Below are positions 31,613-40,891 of a DNA stretch of 64,000 nucleotides, piece by piece. The DNA is taken from positions 186,001-250,000 of the IMG/VR virus record IMGVR_UViG_3300028840_008160. The stretch is one strand, 5' to 3'. Each line of letters begins with the position of its first letter. The stretch's first letter is position 1. Both the position numbers and the translations under genes were made by a program. Under the pieces are notes generated by a model that was not told where the DNA came from, did not search any database, and was given only the letters and a program-made list of their open reading frames with translations.

Positions 31613-32025
31613 GGAAGATTACAGCAATCCCGTCCAAAAAAATTGCATTTAAGAATGTGCCCGTTTCGGGCTTATTTTTTCTCAAAAGAACGTTGTACAA
31701 AAAAATTAGTATCAGAGAAGCTAGCTATTACGGTGAACAAAATACAGTTTATATAGAATCCCAAAAGATTGTTAGATTTGTAGCAAAACAACATGAAAAT
31801 ATAGCAGTTGATTTGTATGAATCTAAGCATATTAGTCAAGAAGAGGTTTGTTTTGCAATAAATGATGTAGTTGAAATTATTAGCAAGAACGTTTTAGGCA
31901 AAGTCGTTTCAGTAAATAGAAATTCATGTTTAATACAGTATAAGCAAGATAGCATTGTATCGTTTGATGAATTTAGTATTAAAGATTTGCGGAAAATTTC
32001 TTCGCATAGATTTAAAGGAGATTAA
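31609..32025 (+). CDS. hypothetical protein
   Basis: 138-aa ORF, coupled start. Confidence 0.55.
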   Translation: MRKITAIPSKKIAFKNVPVSGLFFLKRTLYKKISIREASYYGEQNTVYIESQKIVRFVAKQHENIAVDLYESKHISQEEVCFAINDVVEIISKNVLGKVVSVNRNSCLIQYKQDSIVSFDEFSIKDLRKISSHRFKGD

Positions 32026-32026
32026 G

Positions 32027-32764
32027 ATGGGTGAGGATGACAGATTAATCAATGACGTCGTTGCTGAGATGAACAGTTTAGATGAAAAAGAAGAAGAAAT
32101 TGAATTTATTGCTTCTCCTCATTTTAGCCGCAGAACAGCTACGGTTGATACTATTATCATTCATTATACTGGTGCTAACCGTATTGCTAGTACAATCAAT
32201 TGGTTCCAAGATCCAGTGTCTAAAGTTTCTGCTCACTACGTCATTGGTAGAGATGGTAGAATAGTGCAAATGGTTGACTGCGATAAGAAAGCGTGGCATG
32301 CTGGGGCATCAATATTTCGTGGTCGACAGAACATTAATAATACAAGCATTGGTATCGAAATGGTTGGTACAAAAGATAGCGGATTTACAAGTGAACAATA
32401 TTCAGCTTGCGCGAAAGTTTGCGCTTTAATGATAGAACAATATTCTATACCCATTGATAGAATAGTTGGTCATGAAGATATTGCTGGTGATGAAGCAGTT
32501 GCTTTAGGTATTAGAACTGAATCAAATAAAAAAATTGATCCTGGTAAAAATTGGTCTTGGGATGAATTTCATGCATGTTTAACAGTGTTAACTGAACAAT
32601 CAATTGTTGATGATGAACCAGAATTGATAAATGATGATGATAATAATAAAGAACTATATACACCAGATAAAATGATGAGGTCTGGTAAAGATCCTGAACC
32701 TGAGAGTATAATTTTAAAGATCATTATTGCTATACTTAGATTGTTTAGTTTGAAAAGTAAATAG
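32027..32764 (+). CDS. N-acetylmuramoyl-L-alanine amidase (Amidase_2 / AmpD-like)
   Basis: IIIHYTG, VSAHYVIGRDG, AWHAG, SIGIEMVG, IVGHEDIA, KIDPG; AAGGAG RBS. Confidence 0.93.
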   Translation: MGEDDRLINDVVAEMNSLDEKEEEIEFIASPHFSRRTATVDTIIIHYTGANRIASTINWFQDPVSKVSAHYVIGRDGRIVQMVDCDKKAWHAGASIFRGRQNINNTSIGIEMVGTKDSGFTSEQYSACAKVCALMIEQYSIPIDRIVGHEDIAGDEAVALGIRTESNKKIDPGKNWSWDEFHACLTVLTEQSIVDDEPELINDDDNNKELYTPDKMMRSGKDPEPESIILKIIIAILRLFSLKSK

Positions 32765-32803
32765 ATTGAGATGAAAATACTATAAAAGAATAGGTGGGAT
32801 TAC

Positions 32804-33109
32804 ATGAGTCTTGAAATTACTGATGTCCAAATTATATTTCCAAAAAGGCGAGACGCAACAAATGATAAGTTGAAAAGCTATGTTAATATTGTGTTTAATG
32901 GTATTTTCATTGTTAGGAATATTAGAGTTATTGAGTCGTCAAAAGGGTTTTTTGTTGTTATGCCAAATTTTAGAAAGAAAGATGGCACATATCAAGATAT
33001 AGCTCATCCATTATCTAATCAATTTCGACAAGAAATTGAAGATAAAGTGCTTGAAGCTTATGAAAATGCGTTACAAAAAAGAACAAAGGTAGCTAGTGAT
33101 TCATCATAA
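32804..33109 (+). CDS. spoVG: SpoVG family nucleic-acid-binding regulator
   Basis: MSLEITDV, LKSYVNIVFNG.F.V.NIRVIE..KG.FV.MP..K.DG.Y.DIAHP. Confidence 0.92.
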   Translation: MSLEITDVQIIFPKRRDATNDKLKSYVNIVFNGIFIVRNIRVIESSKGFFVVMPNFRKKDGTYQDIAHPLSNQFRQEIEDKVLEAYENALQKRTKVASDSS

Positions 33110-33125
33110 ACGAGAGGAGGGACGA

Positions 33126-33461
33126 ATGAAGTCATCATGCATATCGTTTGCATGTCCCTCTTGCAATACTAATTATGAAGTTTATTTGAAACGATCACCA
33201 CAGTTAATGATTATTAATTGTCCTTCATGCAAACAATCAATTTCAATTTGTGAAGGGCGAACTCAAATAGTAAACGAGTTAATAGTTTCACAAATTGAAA
33301 ATGCTGAAAATAATTTTGACTTGTTGTCTGTTTTGAATGGCATGTGTAAAAAAGTAGAGAGTCCGGCGCTGACTGCTGATGACATTATTAATTTACAAAT
33401 AGACTTACAGTCTTGCAAGTCTTTTGATGATGTAATGGATGTTATATGCAAGGCTCGATAA
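33126..33461 (+). CDS. zinc-ribbon protein
   Basis: two CPSC motifs; GAGGAGG RBS. Confidence 0.7.
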   Translation: MKSSCISFACPSCNTNYEVYLKRSPQLMIINCPSCKQSISICEGRTQIVNELIVSQIENAENNFDLLSVLNGMCKKVESPALTADDIINLQIDLQSCKSFDDVMDVICKAR

Positions 33462-33602
33462 GTAAAAAGCGATTGTATGAAGAACGAATCGTTAAAGTTA
33501 TTATGAAATTAGCGATATTGAAAGTGCTTAAATGTGATGAAATTGATATAGATAAATTTATAGATGAAAATTTCAATGATATAGTAACAGACGCATTAGA
33601 TT

Positions 33603-33923
33603 ATGAGTGAAAACAGACGATATCACATTTTAATAGAACAACAAATCAATATTTTTATTGATGTTTGTAGAAGCAGACTTAAAGAACAAGGTTTAGAGAA
33701 CAAAGTTTGGGTTGTTAAACACGAAGAAGAATCTATTGTAGGAATTGGCGACCCTGATAAATTGCCTCATAGTAAAGATTTTGGTTTCGTATTTTATTAT
33801 GAACAAATTTTGGGTAAGATGGAAGATGCAATAGCTGAATTTCAATTTAAGTTAGATCATTTTATCAAGGTCGCTAGATCAACTGGCAAATTTAAAGTAT
33901 TTAAAGATGGCTCGACGTCGTAA
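33603..33923 (+). CDS. hypothetical protein
   Basis: 106-aa ORF. Confidence 0.55.
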   Translation: MSENRRYHILIEQQINIFIDVCRSRLKEQGLENKVWVVKHEEESIVGIGDPDKLPHSKDFGFVFYYEQILGKMEDAIAEFQFKLDHFIKVARSTGKFKVFKDGSTS

Positions 33924-34431
33924 GAATAAGCTAATTAAGAGCATTGAACATGTTAATCTTGAATTAGATGAGATTGAGCACATTCTTGATTCAGCTAGTA
34001 TTACAGACGAAGTTGTTGATTTTTTAGCAAATAAATATCATGAGCAAATTGAATTAAATGAATCATATCGTAGGATTAGAGATATTATTGATCTTCTTGA
34101 CTTAACTAAACAAGATGAAATTGACATTTCAAATAGATTGTCTAAAGCTGCTAAGCGCAGCTTTTTTAGTTTAATGATATCAGGCGAGTTATCTAGATCT
34201 GATGTCATTTTTTTCGTCAAAAGTAATCTTGCTACTGATGATGATATCCAGCAAGTATTTGAAAAAACAGTATCGCACGATCTTGCCAGTATTGTGCTGC
34301 ATTGGCGACCATATTTATTTTTAAATCAACTTAAAAAATACTGTAGACGATATCATATTACAGAGCAGATGATTGAAGAATCGACACAACGTGTGATGCG
34401 AATAGAAAAGTTTAAATTCATGGTTCAATAA
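33907..34431 (+). CDS. hypothetical protein
   Basis: 174-aa ORF, coupled start. Confidence 0.6.
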   Translation: MARRRKNKLIKSIEHVNLELDEIEHILDSASITDEVVDFLANKYHEQIELNESYRRIRDIIDLLDLTKQDEIDISNRLSKAAKRSFFSLMISGELSRSDVIFFVKSNLATDDDIQQVFEKTVSHDLASIVLHWRPYLFLNQLKKYCRRYHITEQMIEESTQRVMRIEKFKFMVQ

Positions 34432-34458
34432 AGCATATAGAATTTATTGGAGATAGTA

Positions 34459-35538
34459 ATGAATAGTTTAAATTTAGATGACTCAGATACAATAGATTTT
34501 GACGACGAGATAGATCTTGAATTACGTCGCCAGGAAGAGGATGATGAACAGAATGTCGATTCTGACAATTCTATTGACGATCAAAGCACTATAGAATTTG
34601 ATGATATCAATGTTGTTGATGATTTAGAAGAATTAGAAACTGAATTAACAGACAAAAGATCTGATAATGAAGTTATTGATGATTATTTGAAACCAAATTC
34701 ACGATGCATCTTATGTACAACGCCAATTTGGTCGCTCAAGTTAAACAAAGCTTATCTTGATGGCTGGTCATATAGTAAAATAATTGATGAGTTTTCAATC
34801 AAATTTGAAGAACGTACGGGGCGAGCATTAAATAAATCATTATTACATAGACATTTTAAGTCTCATTTTGATGCTAGAGCAGCTGCTATCGCCGAATACA
34901 ATAAACGACGATCTACAAGCAGTTCTGATCTTAGCCCGTCAACTGGTCAACGTGATATTTTTAGATTAGCAACGAATAAATATTTAGATGAATTAGAAAT
35001 ATTTGATGCTACTGCAAAAGAATTGATTACAAAGTATCAAGAATTAGAAGTATTAATTGAAGAAAAAAGATTTGCAGGAAAGAAATTTGGTATAGATGAA
35101 TTGATCACTAAGCAAGCACAGATACTTAATGCGTTAAATAAACAAGCGATATCAAAATTTAAAGCTTTATCTAGAGTTGATTTAGAAAGTAAACAAGGGC
35201 AGTTCTTAACTCAATTAAGTTTTATTGGCAGTAAAGCTGTCACGGGATTGTCACAATTTAGTAAACAACAACAGCTTTTAAGTCCACAAGAAATGGAACG
35301 AATCTATTTAAGTGTTGTCATTCGACAAATGCTTGCTAGATTGGAAGACCCGTTAAAAACTACATTTGGTGTTGTACCCAAAGATCAAAAAACATTGTTC
35401 TATAGAGAATTGAAAAAAGCTGTTGAAGGCATTCAGGATGGAATAAGTGCTGATTTTGATAAACAGATAAAAGTAGAAACGCAGAAATTGATCGAGCAGA
35501 AGAGCGGTCATTCTGATACTCCAACAATCATTCCTTAA
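34459..35538 (+). CDS. hypothetical protein with acidic N-terminus and CxxC...HxxxH motif (terminase small subunit-like arrangement, tentative)
   Basis: RCILCT ... SLLHRHFKSH followed by a helical region; GGAG RBS. Confidence 0.5.
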   Translation: MNSLNLDDSDTIDFDDEIDLELRRQEEDDEQNVDSDNSIDDQSTIEFDDINVVDDLEELETELTDKRSDNEVIDDYLKPNSRCILCTTPIWSLKLNKAYLDGWSYSKIIDEFSIKFEERTGRALNKSLLHRHFKSHFDARAAAIAEYNKRRSTSSSDLSPSTGQRDIFRLATNKYLDELEIFDATAKELITKYQELEVLIEEKRFAGKKFGIDELITKQAQILNALNKQAISKFKALSRVDLESKQGQFLTQLSFIGSKAVTGLSQFSKQQQLLSPQEMERIYLSVVIRQMLARLEDPLKTTFGVVPKDQKTLFYRELKKAVEGIQDGISADFDKQIKVETQKLIEQKSGHSDTPTIIP

Positions 35539-35551
35539 AAGGAGGTTTTTT

Positions 35552-35878
35552 GTGGCTAATTTAACAAGCAACATTCAAACTCTCAAAGACGCGATTGCTG
35601 AGTTTGAAGCTCAGTATACTCGGTATACTGAGAATGATGTAAATTCTGCCGGTTCACGGTCACGTAAAGCATTGATGACTGCTAAAAAGGAAATCAATGG
35701 TTTACGTAAAGTGATTCTCGAAGAGCAGAAGGCAAAGAAAGCTGAGCGTCGTGCGAAAAAAGCTGATGCAAAAGCTGCAAAAGCTGCTAAAGCTGAGAAT
35801 AAAGCAGAAGGTAAGAAAGGTAAGAAGGGCAAAAAAGGAAAAGCAGCAGAGGCAACGGAAGAAAGTTCTGAAGAATAA
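35552..35878 (+). CDS. histone H1-like Hc1-family basic protein
   Basis: NSAGSRSRKALM..KK....LRK.I followed by a Lys/Ala-rich tail; AAGGAGG RBS, GTG start. Confidence 0.75.
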   Translation: MANLTSNIQTLKDAIAEFEAQYTRYTENDVNSAGSRSRKALMTAKKEINGLRKVILEEQKAKKAERRAKKADAKAAKAAKAENKAEGKKGKKGKKGKAAEATEESSEE

Positions 35879-35899
35879 TTGAAGAATAATTGCAATTTG

Positions 35900-35925
35900 T
35901 GGGCAGTGACAAATGTCACTGCCCA
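35900..35925. terminator. GC-rich hairpin, probable terminator
   Basis: tgggcagtgac-aaat-gtcactgccca perfect 11-bp stem; weak T-tract. Confidence 0.65.
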
Positions 35926-35948
35926 TATTTATAAGGAGAAAAATTACA

Positions 35949-36215
35949 ATGATTATTAAGAAATCACAAAGAGATGAAACAAAGGGAACGTTGGTTATAA
36001 CGAGCGACGACAAAATTGGCCGGTCAGATGCAAGATTAGTATCGTTAATTAATCGTGTTGGACGTGAAATAGGTCGAGATAATTTTGAATCTTCGTATCA
36101 TTGTGAAGATACATATAAACAAGATACATCAGTGTTAACATTTGATTGGGCTGTTAGAGACAAAGTGTCTAAAGTTGTACGGTTGTGTAATTTTATGGTA
36201 AGCATCGATGAATGA
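35949..36215 (+). CDS. hypothetical protein
   Basis: AAGGAG RBS before ATG 35949. Confidence 0.55.
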   Translation: MIIKKSQRDETKGTLVITSDDKIGRSDARLVSLINRVGREIGRDNFESSYHCEDTYKQDTSVLTFDWAVRDKVSKVVRLCNFMVSIDE

Positions 36216-36420
36216 ACAACTTGATAACAAACAAATTAGAACTGAAATCTCAAAGTGGATGGGTGAGTTATTTGACAAAGATGTGCTTGTTAATGATGTC
36301 AAACGACATGTTGCTGCTGCAACTAAGAAAGTTGTCGAAGCACAACTTAAAGGTATAGTTATTACTAGAGAAATATTACGTAATTTGTTTAAGGAAACTG
36401 AAAGTGACTTTCAACGCTGA
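36208..36420 (+). CDS. hypothetical protein
   Basis: 70-aa coupled ORF. Confidence 0.5.
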   Translation: MNEQLDNKQIRTEISKWMGELFDKDVLVNDVKRHVAAATKKVVEAQLKGIVITREILRNLFKETESDFQR

Positions 36421-36733
36421 AGAAAAACAAATTATTGTTGATTCAATGAAGCTGCATTTGCAAGTAATAAAACAGCGTTATAGCGAAGACAGAATTCGAC
36501 AGATGACAACAAAAATGGCTGGTGTTGCTCGCAAATTAGATGAAATTGATATATCAGAATCTGAAAAATTGCCAGGCATTACGGATGAACAATTCGAAAA
36601 TGTCTGTAAAATATGTGACAAATTTAAGGGTCATTGTATTGATGCAGTAGCAAAAAAATTTCCTGGAAAATGTGATCCGATACTTCATTACAATAGAGGA
36701 GTAGAAAATGGCAAGGAAAAAGAACAAAACTGA
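36404..36733 (+). CDS. hypothetical protein with C-terminal Cys cluster
   Basis: CKIC...C...C. Confidence 0.55.
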   Translation: MTFNAEEKQIIVDSMKLHLQVIKQRYSEDRIRQMTTKMAGVARKLDEIDISESEKLPGITDEQFENVCKICDKFKGHCIDAVAKKFPGKCDPILHYNRGVENGKEKEQN

Positions 36734-37085
36734 GCAAGGACAATCTGTAGATGAAGCGGCTCGGTTAAAAGAAGGAGATATTGTTGTCGATCCCGAGACA
36801 TATCTTCAGCTTCAGCTTGCTACAATTGATAATGATATTGCTTTAGCAGAAATACAAGTAGCTGATGCTCAACTTGAAGTGGCTAAAGCTAAACAACGAA
36901 AATCACAAACAATCATTGATTTTAATATTGATCAACTTAAGAAACGGCAAGCCGAAGATGCTAAAAACAACGAAAAACCTGTAGAAAAGTCTGCAGAAGC
37001 TACTATAGAAACTCCTGTAGTTAATGCACAACCTACGATGAATAGAGCAGCTCGTCGTCAACGAAAGAAAATGCGACTTAAATAG
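36708..37085 (+). CDS. hypothetical coiled-coil protein
   Basis: GAGGAG RBS; ends MNRAARRQ. Confidence 0.6.
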   Translation: MARKKNKTEQGQSVDEAARLKEGDIVVDPETYLQLQLATIDNDIALAEIQVADAQLEVAKAKQRKSQTIIDFNIDQLKKRQAEDAKNNEKPVEKSAEATIETPVVNAQPTMNRAARRQRKKMRLK

Positions 37086-37089
37086 TATT

Positions 37090-37281
37090 ATGTATAATGA
37101 TGAATTAGATTTTGATAGTGATGACAATTATTACTTTTTTGATGAAGAAGGTAATGTTGTTGATGAAGATATTGCTGATTTAATGAAGAATGCAATAACT
37201 AATGATATAGACAATTTAGATGGGTTAGATCAGTTAGATTTTGAAGATGCAGAAGACGAAGACGACTACGAAAGTTTATAA
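37090..37281 (+). CDS. small acidic protein
   Basis: 63 aa, very D/E-rich. Confidence 0.5.
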   Translation: MYNDELDFDSDDNYYFFDEEGNVVDEDIADLMKNAITNDIDNLDGLDQLDFEDAEDEDDYESL

Positions 37282-37476
37282 GCAACGCTCACGAACAGAC
37301 ATTGAGAATGAGTTTTTGAGCATTAAAGATGCAATATTTAAGACATCTTTAACAGAGGCAATATTAAACAATCAGCGATTAATTTTAGAAATCCTCCTCG
37401 ATATCCGCGATCAACTGCATTCACGTAAATCTTAAATTGATAATTTTACCCATTCTATAATTGTAAAGGATATAGT

Positions 37477-39000
37477 ATGGGTAAACATTACATTATAGTA
37501 CAAAAAGATTTTGTAAAATATGCTGCTGTCGATCGCTTGCGACAGTGGTGGGAGTCATTATCTTATAACGAGCAGCATCGTTATCTAAAACTCCATCCTA
37601 AAAGCAAACTTAAGCTGACAAAAACAAAAGAACAACAAGCTGTCAGCCTGTTAAGTTCCATTGTAAGACGATCACCGTTTAAAGGAAAAGCATTTCTTGC
37701 TGGTGGATACGTTAGAGATGAATTATTAGGTTTAAAACCAAAAGACATCGATGTTACTGTTGAATCATTAAACGGTGGAATAGATTTAGCTAACTATGTA
37801 GCATTTGAATTAGATCTTAGAGACCCTGTAATTTTTCCAACATTTGGCACAGCAAAAATAATGTTAAAATCAGGTGTTGACATTGAATTTGTTCAAACTA
37901 GAAATGAAGAATATGTTAGACATAGTCGTAAACCAAAAACAACATATGGCACATTGCAAGAAGATGTTGAGCGTCGAGATTTTACTATTAATACATTGTT
38001 GAAAGATCTATCTACAGGTGAAATTTTAGATTTGACAGGTAAAGGACTGAAAGATTTAAAAGATGGCATTGTTCGTACACCGTTAGATCCTAATATAACA
38101 TTCAATGACGATCCACTTAGAATGATTAGAGCTATTCGATTTGCGACAAAATATAATTTTAAATTAGCTGACAATATTGTACCTGCGATTAAAACTAATG
38201 CTAATGAATTAAAATGGGTGTCTAAAGAACGAATTAGAGATGAATTAAACAATATTTTGTTAACAAAAAGACCGAGTCAAGGTCTTGAGTTAATGAAAGA
38301 CACTGGTTTACTAAAAGTCGTTTTACCTGAATTATTAGATTTAGTTGGATTAAAACAAGGAAAATATCATTATACTGATGCATGGCGGCATACATTGCAA
38401 GTACTTGATAATACTAAACCAGTTCAAGATCTAGATTCTGGTGCGCCTATAGACAGACTTGCAGCGTTATTGCATGACATTGCTAAACCAAAAACTAAAT
38501 CTGTAACTGATCAAGGTGATATTCATTTTTACAGTCATGATGAGAAATCTAGTGAAATGGCTAAAGACATTTTAAGTAGATTAAAATATTCGAATAAAGT
38601 TATTGATGATGTGTCTAAAATTGTAGGCTTGCATATGAGAACTGTTGGAAGTAGCAAATGGAGTGATGCTGCTGTTCGTAGATTTATTAGAGACACTGAG
38701 CCATTGACTGATAATTTGTTTGATCTATTATTGGCAGATAGAAAGTCTCATCATCCACAAAAATCTGATCCGGCATCAATATTAATGTTGATGAAACGTG
38801 TTGATGAAGCAAAAAAAGAAATACATAAAGTAAGAAGTTTGCCAATCACGAGTCACAAAATAATGGAAATTTTGAATATAAAACCAGGGCCGCAAGTTGG
38901 CGAAGCGCGAGACTATTTAGCAGAAGAATTGCTAGAAGATCCAAATATGACAGAAACAGACGCAATCGAATTATTAAAGAAAAAGTTTTTAGTTGTTTGA
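37477..39000 (+). CDS. cca: CCA tRNA nucleotidyltransferase with HD domain and extra N-terminal leader
   Basis: LAGGYVRD.LLG..PKDIDV, RRDFTIN, DDPLRMIRAIRF, SKERIRDE, LLHDIAK, KPGPQVG. Confidence 0.92.
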   Translation: MGKHYIIVQKDFVKYAAVDRLRQWWESLSYNEQHRYLKLHPKSKLKLTKTKEQQAVSLLSSIVRRSPFKGKAFLAGGYVRDELLGLKPKDIDVTVESLNGGIDLANYVAFELDLRDPVIFPTFGTAKIMLKSGVDIEFVQTRNEEYVRHSRKPKTTYGTLQEDVERRDFTINTLLKDLSTGEILDLTGKGLKDLKDGIVRTPLDPNITFNDDPLRMIRAIRFATKYNFKLADNIVPAIKTNANELKWVSKERIRDELNNILLTKRPSQGLELMKDTGLLKVVLPELLDLVGLKQGKYHYTDAWRHTLQVLDNTKPVQDLDSGAPIDRLAALLHDIAKPKTKSVTDQGDIHFYSHDEKSSEMAKDILSRLKYSNKVIDDVSKIVGLHMRTVGSSKWSDAAVRRFIRDTEPLTDNLFDLLLADRKSHHPQKSDPASILMLMKRVDEAKKEIHKVRSLPITSHKIMEILNIKPGPQVGEARDYLAEELLEDPNMTETDAIELLKKKFLVV

Positions 39001-39051
39001 TAGCATCATTATATCTAAGAGAATTTGACTTGAATATTATTTGGAGGTTGA

Positions 39052-40404
39052 ATGATGAATCACATTGCACAAATTTGCGATGAATTCGTGAAGCTGTCAG
39101 CACCATGGTGGCAGGGAAAACGCTTTAGGCACCCTGATACAGGTAATAGAGTTAGATTTAAGTCATTACCACCAGAAGAGCAGAAACGATTAAATGCTCT
39201 TCATAAAGGTAAAGCTGATAAAAAGAAAGAAAGAGTCAAAGCTAAAGCTGACAAAGCTAAGCTTAGAAAAGAGCGAGCTAAAAAACGTTTAGAGAGAAAG
39301 AAAGAAAGAGAACAACGTAAAAAAGATCGAGCTAAGAGACGCAAGGAACGTGAAAAGAAACGTTTAGAAAAAGCAAAAGCATTTAAAGAAATGACACCGG
39401 AATCGCATCCTAACTTTTTTACTAAAAGTGGCAAACGACTAAATACAACAAGAGGCATGTTGCCCGGTGTACCTGTCGAGATTAATCCTGATTGGGATCC
39501 TGAGAAAGATAATCATTATTATGCTAAACAAATTAATCCAAAGACAGGTCGGCCGCTTCATTATTATACAGAAGATTTTATTAAACGGCATGATAAAATC
39601 AAGTTTGCTAATAATCAACGTTTTGGGGAATTATTACCAAAAATTAGACAGAAATATACAAATCTTCTTCGTAGTGATAATCCTCGTGATAAAGTTTATG
39701 CTACAGCCATTGCGCTTGTTGATCAAGGTGCTATGAGGATTGGAAACAAGAAAAGTGAAGAAGATGATGTTCGTGGACTGCATAATTTGCAAGTCAAACA
39801 TCTTGATTTAACTGGCGATAAAGCTACATTTTCATATGTAGGAAAGAAGAAGAAAGATCAAAGACATTCGTTTAATGTTGATAAAACTGTTAAGAATAAT
39901 TTGCAAGAATTGACTGCTGGTAAAAATCCTGAAGATCCAATTTTTACATGGAAAAAAGATGATGAAGAGATCAGAATTGCTCCAAAATTAGTAAACAGAT
40001 TCTTGCGTCAAAAACTAGGATCAAATGTAACAATTCATCATTTCCGTCATTATCATGGTACTAGAATAGCTGATGAATATTTAAGAGGCATAGACACTGA
40101 AAAGATTACGCCAAGACAAGCTGCTAGAGCTGTTAGAGAGGCAACTGTTGCTGTATCTGAAAAGCTTGGTAATACGCCGAATGTTGCACGTAAACATTAT
40201 ATTGATCCAACAGTATTTCAAATGTTTTTTAAGAGGGCGGGTATGAAACCACCAAAAGCAGCAGCAGTCGAAGTTGGTATAAAGAAACGAGCGCAAGACG
40301 AATTTAGCATTTCTTCGTCATATGGTATTACACCAGAAGAAGAAGAATTTAATGCTAGATTATGGGAAGTCAAACTTGAAGATTTAGAATCAGATAATGC
40401 TTAA
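39052..40404 (+). CDS. DNA topoisomerase IB with extra N-terminal leader
   Basis: AMRIGN, FSYVGKK, HHFRHY, LGNTPNVARKHYIDP (catalytic Tyr). Confidence 0.9.
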   Translation: MMNHIAQICDEFVKLSAPWWQGKRFRHPDTGNRVRFKSLPPEEQKRLNALHKGKADKKKERVKAKADKAKLRKERAKKRLERKKEREQRKKDRAKRRKEREKKRLEKAKAFKEMTPESHPNFFTKSGKRLNTTRGMLPGVPVEINPDWDPEKDNHYYAKQINPKTGRPLHYYTEDFIKRHDKIKFANNQRFGELLPKIRQKYTNLLRSDNPRDKVYATAIALVDQGAMRIGNKKSEEDDVRGLHNLQVKHLDLTGDKATFSYVGKKKKDQRHSFNVDKTVKNNLQELTAGKNPEDPIFTWKKDDEEIRIAPKLVNRFLRQKLGSNVTIHHFRHYHGTRIADEYLRGIDTEKITPRQAARAVREATVAVSEKLGNTPNVARKHYIDPTVFQMFFKRAGMKPPKAAAVEVGIKKRAQDEFSISSSYGITPEEEEFNARLWEVKLEDLESDNA

Positions 40405-40436
40405 ATTCTCTAATTCTAATAACATATTAGATTAAT

Positions 40437-40814
40437 ATGGAAGAAGAACTGCGAAGTCTTATCGAGGATGTCATAAAGAACTGCAATCATTCTACGACGA
40501 CAGATTGGCTGTCGTACTGTATACTTAGATCTGTCAAGGCTGAAGTTCTTAGTGACAAAAAAGTAATTGATCGTCGATTACTTACTAGTGGCATTCCGGC
40601 AGTTAATTCAAAAAGATTAATGGATAATGATTTTTATCAAATGCAAAGTAATGAATGGAAACAAGCGTATAGACTTTTATGTAGACCAGAATTTACCATC
40701 TGTATTGACATTGTTGAAGACGTTAAAATAGATGAGGCTGATAATCATTTTGTAAACGTCTTTGCTCGTCAATTGTTTATTCTTTTTAGAGACCCAGATG
40801 GTCCTGCCAGATAA
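40437..40814 (+). CDS. hypothetical protein
   Basis: 125-aa ORF. Confidence 0.55.
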   Translation: MEEELRSLIEDVIKNCNHSTTTDWLSYCILRSVKAEVLSDKKVIDRRLLTSGIPAVNSKRLMDNDFYQMQSNEWKQAYRLLCRPEFTICIDIVEDVKIDEADNHFVNVFARQLFILFRDPDGPAR

Positions 40815-40891
40815 TCCTCGCAACAATTCTTCCAGTTGTTTTCTTGAAAAAAATCTTCTTGTTTCATCTTGATTAAAATAATGGATGAATT

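Noticed and set aside
39052-40404. Tyrosine integrase indicating a prophage
   Set aside because: RIGN, GK and LGNT...YIDP motifs fit topoisomerase IB; no att site or host boundary is visible
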